Made by a program: the position numbers and the translations under genes | The notes under the pieces: generated by a model | Told to the model about the DNA's origin: nothing | What the model saw: only the letters and a program-made list of their open reading frames with translations | Database searches by the model: none | Part shown: positions 42,691 to 52,685 of the stretch, in pieces | Layout: every line of letters starts with the position of its first letter | How positions within the stretch are numbered: position 1 is the stretch's first letter | Assembly (NCBI GenBank): GCA_031549605.1 | Contig: JAVBPM010000002.1 | Location: 9,254 to 73,253, forward strand | DNA from: Oscillospiraceae bacterium | GTDB taxonomy: Bacteria; Bacillota; Clostridia; Oscillospirales; UBA929 | Length of the DNA stretch: 64,000 nt | Reading direction: 5' to 3'

Positions 42691-44952
42691 ATGAATCGTC
42701 GCTTGTTATCTTTATTGTTAATGTTGCTCCTGTTGGCGCAACCTGTTGTCGCCACAGAAGATTTCACTACGCCTGCGCCGACCGATGAACCGGTTGTCGC
42801 CGTCGTGCCGGAGGAGAGTGCAACGCCTGTGCCTTCCGCTGAACCTTCTACCGAGCTGCCCGGCGAACCTTCCGCTGAGCCGTCCATAACACCGTCAATT
42901 GATCCCTCAGATGAACCCCCGACGTCACCGCCGACCGATACAACGCCTCCCAGTATTGAGCCGGCACCGACTCCGTCGCCCGAGACAATAGACACACCGC
43001 AGTTGGTATCGCCGCCGACGGTTGCTGCAACGCCAGCTGACGCGCCGACGCTAACCTTGGACCAAGAGCAGGCTACGCTGCATTATCGCGATAAGCTGCA
43101 GCTGACCGCCACATGGAGCGACTCGGACGACGAGCCCGAGTTGGTGTGGCAGAGCGACAATACTAAGGTAGCGACGGTGGCCGACGGACTCGTCACAGCG
43201 AGCGGCATTGGTACAGCCAACATCACCGTCAGTTGTGGCGAACAAAGCGCAGTGTGCGTCGTAACGGTTGCGCCAAAAGCGGTACCGCCTTTTGAAGACG
43301 TCTTTACCCACAGCTGGTTTGTCAACTATGTGCTGTACGTTCACGAAAACGGCCTGATGGGTGGAACAGCGCCTACTCTTTTCTCTCCCGGTGACGGATT
43401 TTCTCGCGCCATGGCGGCCACTGTGCTCTACCGCATGGCTGGTAAGCCGGCGGTTAGCTATACCAAAATTGCCGACGACGTGCCCAAGGGTCAGTGGTAT
43501 ACCAACGCCTGCATCTGGGCGCGCAAGAATAATATTATCTACGGCAGCAGCAACAAGCTTTTTGGCATAAACGAAACCTTTACGCGTGAACAGATGGTGT
43601 CGGTGTTCTACCGTTACGCCGCCATGCAGGGCTACCGCATTGACGGGGTTTCTTCGCTGACGCAATTCGGTGACAGTGCAAAGGTGTCAGGCTATGCTGT
43701 TGCGCCCTTCCAATGGGCTGTCAAACAGGCGTTAATCGTCGGCAACGATGTTGGGCATCTCAATCCGCGTTCCACCATGACGCGCGCCGAATGTGCCGCG
43801 CTGCTGATGCGCTTTAACAAATTCTTGACGCCGGCCAACAAAGACACCTTCAGCCTCACACCCATGACCATTGCGCTGACCGGCACCGATAAGCTGACGC
43901 CGTCGACGCCATCAGGTACCATGACCGCCTCAATCAGCGGACTACGCATCGCCGGACCGGTTACCGTCGTTTGGCTGCAAGGCAACAAGGTGCTGAGAAA
44001 GACGGAGAACGTGCTGTTGCTCAACGGCTATACCACCACCATTTCGTTCAGCACCACGTTCCACCAATACACACCGGCCAGTGAGCCAATTACGCTGCAA
44101 ATCTATACGCCGTCCCAGCTACGCTCGGCGGTTAAAACCGTTTCCTATCAGAATAACCCCGAGTCGTACTATATCAACAACAAAATCCTGCCCTACAACA
44201 TCATTCTGCCCAACGTCACGCGCACGGTCTTTGGCACCAGCGGCAGCGGCCGCGAACTGTGCGCCTACAGTGTCGGCACCGGCGCTAAAAAAATGGTGCT
44301 GACCTTTGCCATTCATGCCTTTGAGGATCATTGGACCAAGGACGGTTACGAACTGGTGCTTGTCGCTGAAATGCTGCTCAAGCGGTTGTCGGCCGACGTC
44401 GCGACACTCAACAGCCGTGGCTGGACGGTAATCGTCGTGCCCTACGGCAACCCCGACGGCTTTCTGGAGGGCTATACCAACAACGGGCCGGGCCGCACAA
44501 CCACCAAGCGCTATAGCGGCGGCACGCTGGTAACTGGCGGTGTTGACCTCAACCGCTGCTTTGAGACCGGCTTTAAACCGCTGTATAACGCCCGCAACTA
44601 CACAGGTGACGAACCGCTGCTGTGCAAGGAGGCGCGCGCGCTCAAGAGCCTGCTGGTGACTCATTCGTCGGCGTCAACCAAGGTCTGCATTGACGTGCAC
44701 GGCTGGTTCCAGCAAATCATCACCCCCGGCAACAGCACCACACCCTATAAGAGCTTCCGCAAATTTTTCCCCAACAATTCTTACGCCGGCCTGGGCGGTT
44801 TGGGCTACCTGACCGGCTACGCCAAGGCAATCGGCTACAACGCCTGCCTCTTCGAGTTCCCGTCAAATGTCTATAGCCACAGCGACATGACCTCCAACAG
44901 CTACGACAGCCGTTTTGCCAGCGCTGTCATGGACATCATTGCGACGCTGTAG
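42691..44952 (+). CDS. Cell-wall-anchored M14 zinc carboxypeptidase-like protein with Big_2 and SLH domains
   Basis: Track ORF 42667..44952. ATG 42691 follows GGGAGG. It has a signal peptide, a P/S/T/E-rich linker, a Big_2-like segment (LQLTATWSD...VATVADGLVTASGIGTANITV) and SLH repeats. The C-terminal M14-like region contains FAIHAFE, VPYGNPDG and DVHGW. Confidence 0.8.
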   Translation: MNRRLLSLLLMLLLLAQPVVATEDFTTPAPTDEPVVAVVPEESATPVPSAEPSTELPGEPSAEPSITPSIDPSDEPPTSPPTDTTPPSIEPAPTPSPETIDTPQLVSPPTVAATPADAPTLTLDQEQATLHYRDKLQLTATWSDSDDEPELVWQSDNTKVATVADGLVTASGIGTANITVSCGEQSAVCVVTVAPKAVPPFEDVFTHSWFVNYVLYVHENGLMGGTAPTLFSPGDGFSRAMAATVLYRMAGKPAVSYTKIADDVPKGQWYTNACIWARKNNIIYGSSNKLFGINETFTREQMVSVFYRYAAMQGYRIDGVSSLTQFGDSAKVSGYAVAPFQWAVKQALIVGNDVGHLNPRSTMTRAECAALLMRFNKFLTPANKDTFSLTPMTIALTGTDKLTPSTPSGTMTASISGLRIAGPVTVVWLQGNKVLRKTENVLLLNGYTTTISFSTTFHQYTPASEPITLQIYTPSQLRSAVKTVSYQNNPESYYINNKILPYNIILPNVTRTVFGTSGSGRELCAYSVGTGAKKMVLTFAIHAFEDHWTKDGYELVLVAEMLLKRLSADVATLNSRGWTVIVVPYGNPDGFLEGYTNNGPGRTTTKRYSGGTLVTGGVDLNRCFETGFKPLYNARNYTGDEPLLCKEARALKSLLVTHSSASTKVCIDVHGWFQQIITPGNSTTPYKSFRKFFPNNSYAGLGGLGYLTGYAKAIGYNACLFEFPSNVYSHSDMTSNSYDSRFASAVMDIIATL

Positions 44953-44963
44953 CACCCCGTCTA

Positions 44964-45002
44964 CAAAAAAAACCGTCTGCCAATCAGGGCAGACGGTTTT
45001 TT
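44964..45002. terminator. Bidirectional intrinsic terminator at a convergent junction (single hairpin)
   Basis: AAAAAAAACCGTCTGCC-AATCAG-GGCAGACGGTTTTTT. Confidence 0.7.
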
Positions 45003-45010
45003 CAATGGAT

Positions 45011-45433
45011 TTAGTGGCAACACTCGCAGTTGCCGTCGCAGCCTACGATGGGCACAGGGTCAATGCCTTGACGGCGGTAGTAGTCGCTGATAGCCGCCTT
45101 GATGCCCTCCTCGGCCAGCACGCTGCAGTGCATTTTGACCGGCGGCAAGCCATCCAGCGCCTCGGCAACCGCCTTGTTGGTTAGCAGTAGCGCCTGCTCA
45201 ATGGTCTTGCCTTTGACCAGTTCGGTGGCCATCGAACTGGTAGCCACGGCCGCGCCGCAGCCAAAGGTCTGGAAGCGGACGTCGACGATGGTGTCATTTT
45301 CCACCTTGAGGTAGATTTTCATAATATCGCCGCACTTTTGGTTGCCGACCTGACCCACGCCGTTGGCGTCGGGCAGCTCGCCCATGTTGCGCGGATTGTT
45401 GAAGTGTTCCATTACCTTTTCACTGTAAAGCAT
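45011..45433 (-). CDS. nifU: Fe-S cluster assembly scaffold protein NifU/IscU
   Basis: 140 aa with MEHFNNPRNMGEL, NQKCGDIM and FGCGAAVATSS motifs. Confidence 0.9.
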   Translation of the reverse strand: MLYSEKVMEHFNNPRNMGELPDANGVGQVGNQKCGDIMKIYLKVENDTIVDVRFQTFGCGAAVATSSMATELVKGKTIEQALLLTNKAVAEALDGLPPVKMHCSVLAEEGIKAAISDYYRRQGIDPVPIVGCDGNCECCH

Positions 45434-45457
45434 TTCTTTCGTTCTCCTTTGCTGCCG

Positions 45458-46618
45458 TTACTCGGGCTTGAGCGGCGACATATCGCGCAGCCGTCCCACC
45501 ACCTGTGGCAGTTTTTCTAAAATGTAGTCGACGTCGCTGTCGGTCGTGCTGTCGCCCAGCGACAGTCGCAGCGAGCCGTGCGCGATTTCGTGCGGCAGCC
45601 CGATGGCCAGCAGCACATGGGAGGGGTCGAGCGAGCCCGACGAGCAGGCCGAGCCCGAGGAGCCGCAAATGCCGTTGCTGTCCAGCAGCAGCACCATTGA
45701 CTCGCCCTCAATGTAGTTGATGACAATCGATGCCAGACCCGGCAGACGCTTAACGGGGTCGCCGGTCAGCTGGGTGTAGGGAATCTGCAACGCACCGGCC
45801 AGCAGCCGGTCGCGCAGCGCGGTCAGCCGCGCGTTTTCGGTGTCCATGCGCGATACGGCGTCGGTCAGCGCCGCCGCCATACCAACCACACCGGGCACGT
45901 TTTCAGTACCCGAACGGCGGTTATTTTCCTGTCCGCCGCCGTGCAGCAACGGCGGCAACCGCAGCCCGCGCCGCACGATAAGCGCGCCAACGCCCTTGGG
46001 GCCGCCGAATTTGTGGCCCGACAGGCTGAGCAAATCAAACTGTGACGCGTCGACGGGGATGTGACCCACCGCCTGCACCGCGTCGGTGAAGAACAGCACG
46101 CCGCGCTGGCGGCACAACGCGCTGATGGCGCCGACGTCCAAAATCGTTCCAATTTCGTTGTTGGCCATCATGCAGGTGACCAGCACCGTGTCGTCGCGCA
46201 GCGCCGACTCAATGTCGGCCAGCGCCACTTGTCCGTTGGTGTCGACCGACAGATAGGTGATGTCGTAGCCCTGCTCTTTTTGCAGGTACTCCAGCGTGTG
46301 CAGCACGGCGTGGTGCTCGAGCGGCGAGGCGATAATGTGCTTGCCCTTGTGTGCCGTCATGGCGGCCGCGCCCTTGATCGCCCAGTTGTCGGCTTCGGTG
46401 CCGCCACTGGTGAAATAGACCTCGGACGGCTGGACATTCAGCGCGGCGGCCACGTCGGCGCGCGCCTGATCGAGTGCCCGGCGCGACTGGTTGGCCAGTG
46501 CGTACATGCTGTTGGGATTGCCGAACCATTCGGCAAAATAGGGCTCCATGGCGGCTCGTGCCGCCGTGCTCAGCGGCGCTGTGGCCGCGTAGTCGCAATA
46601 AACTGTGCGTTTATTCAT
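45458..46618 (-). CDS. nifS: Cysteine desulfurase NifS
   Basis: 386 aa with SGGTEADN, SLSGHKFGGPKG (PLP lysine) and GSSGSACSSG (active-site Cys). Confidence 0.92.
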   Translation of the reverse strand: MNKRTVYCDYAATAPLSTAARAAMEPYFAEWFGNPNSMYALANQSRRALDQARADVAAALNVQPSEVYFTSGGTEADNWAIKGAAAMTAHKGKHIIASPLEHHAVLHTLEYLQKEQGYDITYLSVDTNGQVALADIESALRDDTVLVTCMMANNEIGTILDVGAISALCRQRGVLFFTDAVQAVGHIPVDASQFDLLSLSGHKFGGPKGVGALIVRRGLRLPPLLHGGGQENNRRSGTENVPGVVGMAAALTDAVSRMDTENARLTALRDRLLAGALQIPYTQLTGDPVKRLPGLASIVINYIEGESMVLLLDSNGICGSSGSACSSGSLDPSHVLLAIGLPHEIAHGSLRLSLGDSTTDSDVDYILEKLPQVVGRLRDMSPLKPE

Positions 46619-46685
46619 AGGACTCCTTTTCCTCTGTAAACGGCGACAGGCAGCCGCGCGCCGTTAGTAATGGTGTGACACTGTT

Positions 46686-46714
46686 AGTGTATCCTCACTG
46701 ACGCATAAAATCAA
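46686..46714 (-). promoter_or_regulatory. Candidate nifS-nifU promoter
   Basis: On the minus strand: TTGATT (46714-46709), a 17-nt spacer, then TACACT (46691-46686). The palindrome ACACT-GTT-AGTGT at 46678-46690 overlaps the -10. Confidence 0.4.
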
Positions 46715-46717
46715 GTA

Positions 46718-47605
46718 CTAATCAAACAAAGAAAGCTGTTTTTGCTCGTAGGGTTGCCGTATAGCCTGCACAACATCCTCCATGCGATAGAGCAGCCCGT
46801 GCCGCTCGCACTCGGATGAAAAGAGCGCCCACAGCGCTTTTGCATGCGGCGACGGGTTGTTGTATTCGCTGCCGAAGGTACGCCAATGACGCTCGCGCAC
46901 GCCGACAAACAGCTTGTCCAACTGCTGGAAATAGTACTCGCGCTGGCCATCGCGCGTGGTCATGCCCATCGCCGCGTAAATCCAGCGCGCGCCGTGCGCC
47001 GCCGCCTGCGCCACCAGCGTTTTAATATTGTCGGCGTTGTCGGAGATAAAGGGCAGCACCGGCATGAGCAGCACTCCGCCGTCTACGCCTTGTTTTCGCA
47101 GCTGTTGCAGCGCTTTCAGCCGCGCCAGGCCGTCGGGCGCGTGCGGCTCAATGGCGGCGCACAGCGTCGCGTCGACGCTGTTGACCGTGACATTGACCAC
47201 CGCCGGTGCGTGGCGGGCAATCGACTGCAAAATATCGGCATCGCGCGTCACAAGCGTTGACTTGGTCGGCAGGCAGACGCCATATTGATATTTTTCCAAT
47301 AACGCCAGCGCGCCACGGCTGAGTTTCGTCTCGCGCTCAAAGGGGTTGTAGCTGTCGCTCATGGAGCCGAAGTGTACGATACCGGTACGTCGCTTGCTTT
47401 TCAGCTCCCGTTCCAATATTTCCAGCGCCTGTGTTTTAGCAGACACGGTGTCGAAGTCGTCGATGCCGTAGACCGTGCTGCGACTGTCGCAGTAGATACA
47501 GCCGTGGCAACAGCCGCGGTAGAGATTCATAGTATAATTAGAGCCAAACCACGTCGTGTCATTGCGGTACCCCGACAGTATGCTCTTGGCCGGTATTTCC
47601 TTCAT
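46718..47605 (-). CDS. Radical SAM protein, SPL/DNA-photolyase-like family (COG1533)
   Basis: 295 aa with NLYRGCCHGCIYCDS (CxxxCxxC). Confidence 0.8.
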   Translation of the reverse strand: MKEIPAKSILSGYRNDTTWFGSNYTMNLYRGCCHGCIYCDSRSTVYGIDDFDTVSAKTQALEILERELKSKRRTGIVHFGSMSDSYNPFERETKLSRGALALLEKYQYGVCLPTKSTLVTRDADILQSIARHAPAVVNVTVNSVDATLCAAIEPHAPDGLARLKALQQLRKQGVDGGVLLMPVLPFISDNADNIKTLVAQAAAHGARWIYAAMGMTTRDGQREYYFQQLDKLFVGVRERHWRTFGSEYNNPSPHAKALWALFSSECERHGLLYRMEDVVQAIRQPYEQKQLSLFD

Positions 47606-47655
47606 GGTGCATCGCCTCGCGCTATTATAACGCTTTCACGAGCCGCTGTACAGTC

Positions 47656-48711
47656 CTACGGCGCGTTGCCGATGACCGCGCCGGGGTAGTAGTGGGTCAG
47701 TATTTGCTGATAGGTCTGCCCTTGCGCCGCCAGCGCGATGGCGCCGGCCTGGCTCATACCGACGCCGTGGCCATAGCCTTTGACGGCAAACGTCAACTTG
47801 ACGTCGGCAACGGTCACATCGATATGCGCCGAGCGCAGCGACAGCAGTGTGCGCAGCTGGCCGCCGGTAACGGTCACGCCGCCAATGCGGCAGTCGAGGA
47901 TGCCGCCGGCATCACTGCGGCGGATGTCACTGACCCACTGTGACGGGTCGCCGCTGAGATCAGCCTGCGGCCACGTTTGCAACGCCTTGGCCTTGAAATC
48001 CTCGGCCGAGACGGTCAACTGAGAGGCGTAGCCCTTGGCCTGCTCGTCCACGGTGCTGTCGACGCTGGCCAGATATGGATAGTCGCCGCCCCAAACGTCA
48101 GCTGCCGCCTCGGTCTGTCCGCCGCTGATGGCATGGAACACCGCCAGTATCGGCTGGTTGTCGTAGAGCAGCACCTGCCCGTCGGTGGCGGCGATGGCGG
48201 CGTCGAGTTTGTCGGCGTTGGTCTGCGCGTCGGTGTAGCTCTGCCAGTCGGCCATGGCGGTGGCGCGGTCGCGGAAGGCCATACAGTGGCCCGAATCGGC
48301 GCAGACGTCGGCGTCACTGCCCTGATGGGTGGTCTGCGGCGCGGCGCGGTTGTGTTCGATGTTGCGCAAGGTGAAGGTGCGCACGGCCACCGCCAGCGCC
48401 TTGAGCGCCTCGGGGTTGGCGGTCGGCTCCATCTCGCCCGCCATTACGCAAAAGAGGTACTCCTTCATCGGCATCGGCGCGGTGCTGCCATCGTTCAGAC
48501 GCACCTGCACCGTTGTGTCGGCGTCCGTCGTCACGGCGGCAGTCGGTGTCGGGCTGACCGACGGAGTGGGCGAACCGGGCGACGGCACCGACGGTGCAAA
48601 CGTCGGTGCCTCGTCGGCGTCTGGGGCGGCGGGCGCGCGCAGCACCGTACAGACGGGAATGAGAAAAATCAACAGCGTCAGCAGCGTGGAAAACAGTAGC
48701 AAGCGTTTCAT
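47656..48711 (-). CDS. spoIID: SpoIID/LytB domain protein (stage II sporulation protein D-like)
   Basis: 351 aa with a signal/TM N-terminus, AVAVRTFTL, FHAISGGQTE and GHGVGMSQ motifs. Confidence 0.8.
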   Translation of the reverse strand: MKRLLLFSTLLTLLIFLIPVCTVLRAPAAPDADEAPTFAPSVPSPGSPTPSVSPTPTAAVTTDADTTVQVRLNDGSTAPMPMKEYLFCVMAGEMEPTANPEALKALAVAVRTFTLRNIEHNRAAPQTTHQGSDADVCADSGHCMAFRDRATAMADWQSYTDAQTNADKLDAAIAATDGQVLLYDNQPILAVFHAISGGQTEAAADVWGGDYPYLASVDSTVDEQAKGYASQLTVSAEDFKAKALQTWPQADLSGDPSQWVSDIRRSDAGGILDCRIGGVTVTGGQLRTLLSLRSAHIDVTVADVKLTFAVKGYGHGVGMSQAGAIALAAQGQTYQQILTHYYPGAVIGNAP

Positions 48712-48838
48712 CCGTGCACCTCTTTTGCAAGAACAGCTTCTTCTTCTTGCATTTTTCGTCTATTTTTTTTGGTTATTGCCTTGACAACGCAAGTTTCTTT
48801 TGTTACCATTGCAAGAAATCACTTCAGGAGGTAGCTCT

Positions 48839-50209
48839 ATGCAGAGCCCGTCCCGCGCCGAAGCCTTTATCTCAGATATATGCGAGCAGTTCCCCAAATA
48901 CAACCTGCTCGATACCTCGACATTTGACAACAGCAGCATCAAACGCGGCCTGCGCAATAGCGACGGCACCGGCGTAATGGCCGGCGTCACCGCCGTCGGC
49001 ACCGTGCGCGGCTACAACATTATCGACGGCGACCGTCATGCCGTTGACGGACGACTGATTTACCGCGGCATTGACGTCGAGGATCTGATTGCCGGCTATC
49101 AGGCCGAGAACCGTTTCGGCTTTGAGGAGACCGCTTTTCTACTGCAATTTGGCTCGCTGCCCGATGCCGCGCAGCTGCGCGCCTTTAACGACGCGCTGGC
49201 CGAGCTGCGCGTGCTGCCGCGCGGTTTTACCGAGGACATGATCTTAAAAGCGCCCAGCCCCGACGTCATGAACAAGCTGGCGCGCGGCGTGCTGGCGCTC
49301 TATTCCTACGACGAGCGACCTGACGACACCTCGTTGCACAACCTGCTGGCACAGAGTGTGGCGCTGATTGCGCGTCTGCCGGTTATTGTCGCGCACGCCT
49401 ACGCTGTCAAACGTCATTACTACGACCGCGAGAGCCTGTATTTTCACTATCCGCAGGATGATCTGACGATGGCTGAGAATTTTTTACACGCGCTGCGGCC
49501 CGACCATCAATACACCGACGAGGAGGCCAAGCTGCTGGACACCTGTCTGGTGCTGCACGCCGAGCACGGCGGCGGCAACAACAGCGCTTTTTCCTGCCGT
49601 GTGCTGTCGTCGTCGGGCACCGATACCTATTCGGCTATCGCGGCGGCTATCGGCAGCTTAAAAGGACCCAAGCACGGCGGCGCCAACGCCAAGGTGCTGG
49701 ATATGTTTGACTGCATAAAGGCCGAGGTCAGCCACTGGGACGACGACGACGAGGTGGCGGCCTGCCTGTGCAAAATTCTGCGCAAAGAGGGCGGCGACGG
49801 CAGCGGCTTGATTTACGGCATGGGCCACGCCGTGTACACCAAATCGGATCCGCGCGCCATTATTTTGCGACAACAGGCACAGCAGCTGGCCAGTCAGCGC
49901 GGCATGGCCGACGAGCTGGCGCTACTGGAAGCGGTTGAGAGGCTGAGTCCTGTCTGCTTCGCCCGCGAAAAGGGCGACAGCAAGATGATTTGTGCCAATG
50001 TTGACTTGTATTCGGGGCTTGTCTATGGTATGCTGGGCATACCGCGCGAGCTGTTGACACCCATTTTTGCCATTTCCCGTGTCGCCGGCTGGTGCGCGCA
50101 CCGAATTGAAGAGGTCATGACCGGCGGCCGCATTATCCGACCTGCCTACAAGGCCATTGCGCCCGACCGCTGCTACGTGCCCCTTAGCGAAAGGAGCAAC
50201 ACCATTTGA
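48839..50209 (+). CDS. Citrate synthase family protein
   Basis: Track ORF 48800..50209. ATG 48839 follows AGGAGG. Motifs LHAEHGGGNNS, GPKHGGAN and GMGHAVYTKSDPRA are present. Confidence 0.85.
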   Translation: MQSPSRAEAFISDICEQFPKYNLLDTSTFDNSSIKRGLRNSDGTGVMAGVTAVGTVRGYNIIDGDRHAVDGRLIYRGIDVEDLIAGYQAENRFGFEETAFLLQFGSLPDAAQLRAFNDALAELRVLPRGFTEDMILKAPSPDVMNKLARGVLALYSYDERPDDTSLHNLLAQSVALIARLPVIVAHAYAVKRHYYDRESLYFHYPQDDLTMAENFLHALRPDHQYTDEEAKLLDTCLVLHAEHGGGNNSAFSCRVLSSSGTDTYSAIAAAIGSLKGPKHGGANAKVLDMFDCIKAEVSHWDDDDEVAACLCKILRKEGGDGSGLIYGMGHAVYTKSDPRAIILRQQAQQLASQRGMADELALLEAVERLSPVCFAREKGDSKMICANVDLYSGLVYGMLGIPRELLTPIFAISRVAGWCAHRIEEVMTGGRIIRPAYKAIAPDRCYVPLSERSNTI

Positions 50210-51237
50210 TTTTGACCATGTTCCTGCTCAGCGTTGTTTGTGGCTGCGGCGGTGCCGTGCTGCGCGCGCTGGAGCTTCAGGACGCATTCTTGCACTATCC
50301 GCCCGGCACCACCGGCGACGACCACCTCAGCGCCGGACTCAACGGGCTGCTCAAGGAACCATGGCACCCGCTGACGTTGGCGTTGCTGGGCTTGTCGGTC
50401 GCTTTTGCCGTTGCGATGCTGCTGCTGGCGCGGCGCGCGAAAAAGCAAGACATCTGGCCGACGAGCGGTAAGCTGCCCTGGCTGCTGCGCGCTGCGGCGG
50501 GCACAGTGCTGCTGGCGACGGCCGCCTATGACATCGCCGACGCATTGCGACAGGGCGGCGGACTGACGGCACACCTGCTGTATAGCGTGTTGACACTGCT
50601 GGCGGCAGGCTGCGTGCTGTGGCCGGCCTTACGCGGCTTGTCGGGCCACGAGGCCGCACAGTACAGCATGACCTACCTGGTGCCCATCTTCTGGTGCTGC
50701 TTCCGGCTGATTATCGCCTTCTTTGAAAACTCCTCCAACCCGACGACAGCCAGCTACGTTTACGACCTGCTCACCAGCGCCGCGCTGTTGATGGCGGCCT
50801 ACTATCTGGCGGGTCTGTACTTCCGCCAAAAACGCAGCGGCACGATGCGCTTCTGTGCCGGACTGACCGTTTACCTCGGCTTGATTGGTCTTTTCAGCCC
50901 CATTATCTTCCGCCTGATGGGCAACGCCGCCAACACGCTGCCGGCGCTCAGCTATCTGAAATCATTTAACTTCGACGCCGTTGTCGATTCCGCCGGTATT
51001 CTGCGGCACAGCTTGGTCAACGCCGGCGTCAGCCTGTTTGCCGTGCTGTACGGCCTATCCATGCTGTTTACCACCGCTGCCATGGGTGCGCGCGAACCGG
51101 CCGTTGAGCAGCCTGCTGAGCCGACACCGACCGAACCGCTTGAGGAACACCCCGAACCGATGGCCGAGGCCGTCAACGACGACGCGCCTTTTGTCGCCGA
51201 AGACGGCGACGACGCGCTGGACGACATCTCACTGTAG
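50206..51237 (+). CDS. Hypothetical multi-pass membrane protein with acidic C-terminal tail
   Basis: 343-aa ORF overlapping the citrate synthase stop. An alternative start is ATG 50218. No recognisable domain. Confidence 0.55.
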   Translation: MILTMFLLSVVCGCGGAVLRALELQDAFLHYPPGTTGDDHLSAGLNGLLKEPWHPLTLALLGLSVAFAVAMLLLARRAKKQDIWPTSGKLPWLLRAAAGTVLLATAAYDIADALRQGGGLTAHLLYSVLTLLAAGCVLWPALRGLSGHEAAQYSMTYLVPIFWCCFRLIIAFFENSSNPTTASYVYDLLTSAALLMAAYYLAGLYFRQKRSGTMRFCAGLTVYLGLIGLFSPIIFRLMGNAANTLPALSYLKSFNFDAVVDSAGILRHSLVNAGVSLFAVLYGLSMLFTTAAMGAREPAVEQPAEPTPTEPLEEHPEPMAEAVNDDAPFVAEDGDDALDDISL

Positions 51238-51249
51238 CCACACAAACAA

Positions 51250-51283
51250 TAACGCCGCTTCCGATTGACCGGAAGCGGCGTTT
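51250..51283. repeat. Left copy of the duplicated 34-bp hairpin flanking repeat copy C
   Basis: TAACGCCGCTTCCGATTGACCGGAAGCGGCGTTT. Confidence 0.9.
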
Positions 51284-51532
51284 CAGACTGTCAAAAAAGC
51301 GCGCACCGTATAACCCGTGTCAGAAAAGAGCGTACGCGGCGACGTAAGGCGGCGTTTTGGTTCTCCGCTAAAGATTTGCGGCGCATTGACAAGATCACTG
51401 CGCCACAATGGTTTTACTTGCTGCAGAAACGTTGTCCTAGCGTACCATCGTACGCCGACGGACAGCGTTTCTTTGCCTGCGCATTTCTTTGTCAGTCTGC
51501 AGCGTGCCAAAAACAAGTTTTTTGACACGCTG
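51284..51532 (+). mobile_element. MITE-like non-coding repeat, copy C (249 bp)
   Basis: Starts CAGACTGTCAAAAAAG and ends TTTTTGACACGCTG. It aligns with copies A and B throughout. Confidence 0.75.
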
Positions 51533-51566
51533 TAACGCCGCTTCCGATTCGCCGGAAGCGGCGTTT
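51533..51566. repeat. Right copy of the duplicated 34-bp hairpin flanking repeat copy C
   Basis: TAACGCCGCTTCCGATTCGCCGGAAGCGGCGTTT. The two differences from the left copy are both in the loop. Confidence 0.9.
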
Positions 51567-51578
51567 GTTCTGCTGCTG

Positions 51579-52580
51579 TCAGCTGACTTGAAAGGCGTCG
51601 TTGTTTTGTAGCCCGCTCGACAGGCTCAGGCTGCCGTCGTCGCGGATTAGCACCGCCTCGACGCCGTCCAGCGTCTCAACCAGCGCCATCCCCTGCCGCT
51701 CGCCCAGTAAAAAAACCGTTGTACTCAGCGCGTCGGCGTCCATGGAGACGTCAGCGACAATAGTCACCGCCTGCAACCCCGTCTGCGCCGGTTGGCCGGT
51801 TCGGATGTCAAGGATGTGGTGGTAGCGCACGCCCTCAATGGTCACGCCGCGCTCGTCGACACCGGCAGTTGACACCGCCCTGCCGCTGACCATAAGCACG
51901 CCCTCCAGCTGCGCCTGCGCCGTGTAGGGCTTGGCCACGCCGATGCCAAAGGGCTGGCCGTCGGGCTTGGCGCCCACCGCGACAATGTTGCCACCCAAAT
52001 TGACCAGCGCCGAGGTAATGCCCTGCTGTCGCAGCAGCGCCGCCAGCTGGTCGGCGATGTAACCCTTGGCAATACCGCCCAAATCGAGCCGCGCGCCGTC
52101 GGCCAATGTCACGGTGTTGCCGCTGACCTGCAGCGCTTCAATGCCGAGCTGCGTCATCGCCTGCGTCAGCTGCGCGTCGTCGGGCAGGGTAAAGGACGGG
52201 TCACTGAAATTCCAGAGCGCCGTCAGGCTGCCGCAGGTGACGTCAAAGAGCCCATCCGACAGCGACGCGTAGCGCTGCGCCTGCGATAGCACGGCCACCG
52301 TCTCGTCCGACACGGCGACCGGCGCGCCATTGGCGCGGTTAATCTTGTCCACATCGCTGCCCGTCCACTGCGCGGACAGCAGCTGCTCGAGCTGCTCACA
52401 CCGCTTGAAGGCGGCGGTAATGGCGGCGTCGGCGGCCGGCTTGCCGGTGCCGTAGACAGTGATGGTGCACACCGTGTCGAGGTGAAACTCGGTGCGCGTA
52501 ATGCCGCCACCCGACGACCCACCGCACGCCGGTAAACAGCAACAGAGTGCCGCCAACAGCGCAATTGTGATCCATTTCAC
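51579..52580 (-). CDS. apbE: FAD:protein FMN transferase (ApbE family) lipoprotein
   Basis: 333 aa with the lipobox LPACGG, a GGIAKGYIADQ motif and HHILDIRTGQP. Confidence 0.85.
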   Translation of the reverse strand: MKWITIALLAALCCCLPACGGSSGGGITRTEFHLDTVCTITVYGTGKPAADAAITAAFKRCEQLEQLLSAQWTGSDVDKINRANGAPVAVSDETVAVLSQAQRYASLSDGLFDVTCGSLTALWNFSDPSFTLPDDAQLTQAMTQLGIEALQVSGNTVTLADGARLDLGGIAKGYIADQLAALLRQQGITSALVNLGGNIVAVGAKPDGQPFGIGVAKPYTAQAQLEGVLMVSGRAVSTAGVDERGVTIEGVRYHHILDIRTGQPAQTGLQAVTIVADVSMDADALSTTVFLLGERQGMALVETLDGVEAVLIRDDGSLSLSSGLQNNDAFQVS

Positions 52581-52685
52581 GGTTATACCCCCACTGCGCC
52601 GCCCTTTTTTTCAACAGGGAAAGCGTAAATTTGACTTTCGCAAGCGGATACACTATAATTATACCCTACAGAAAGGGGGGTGTCT

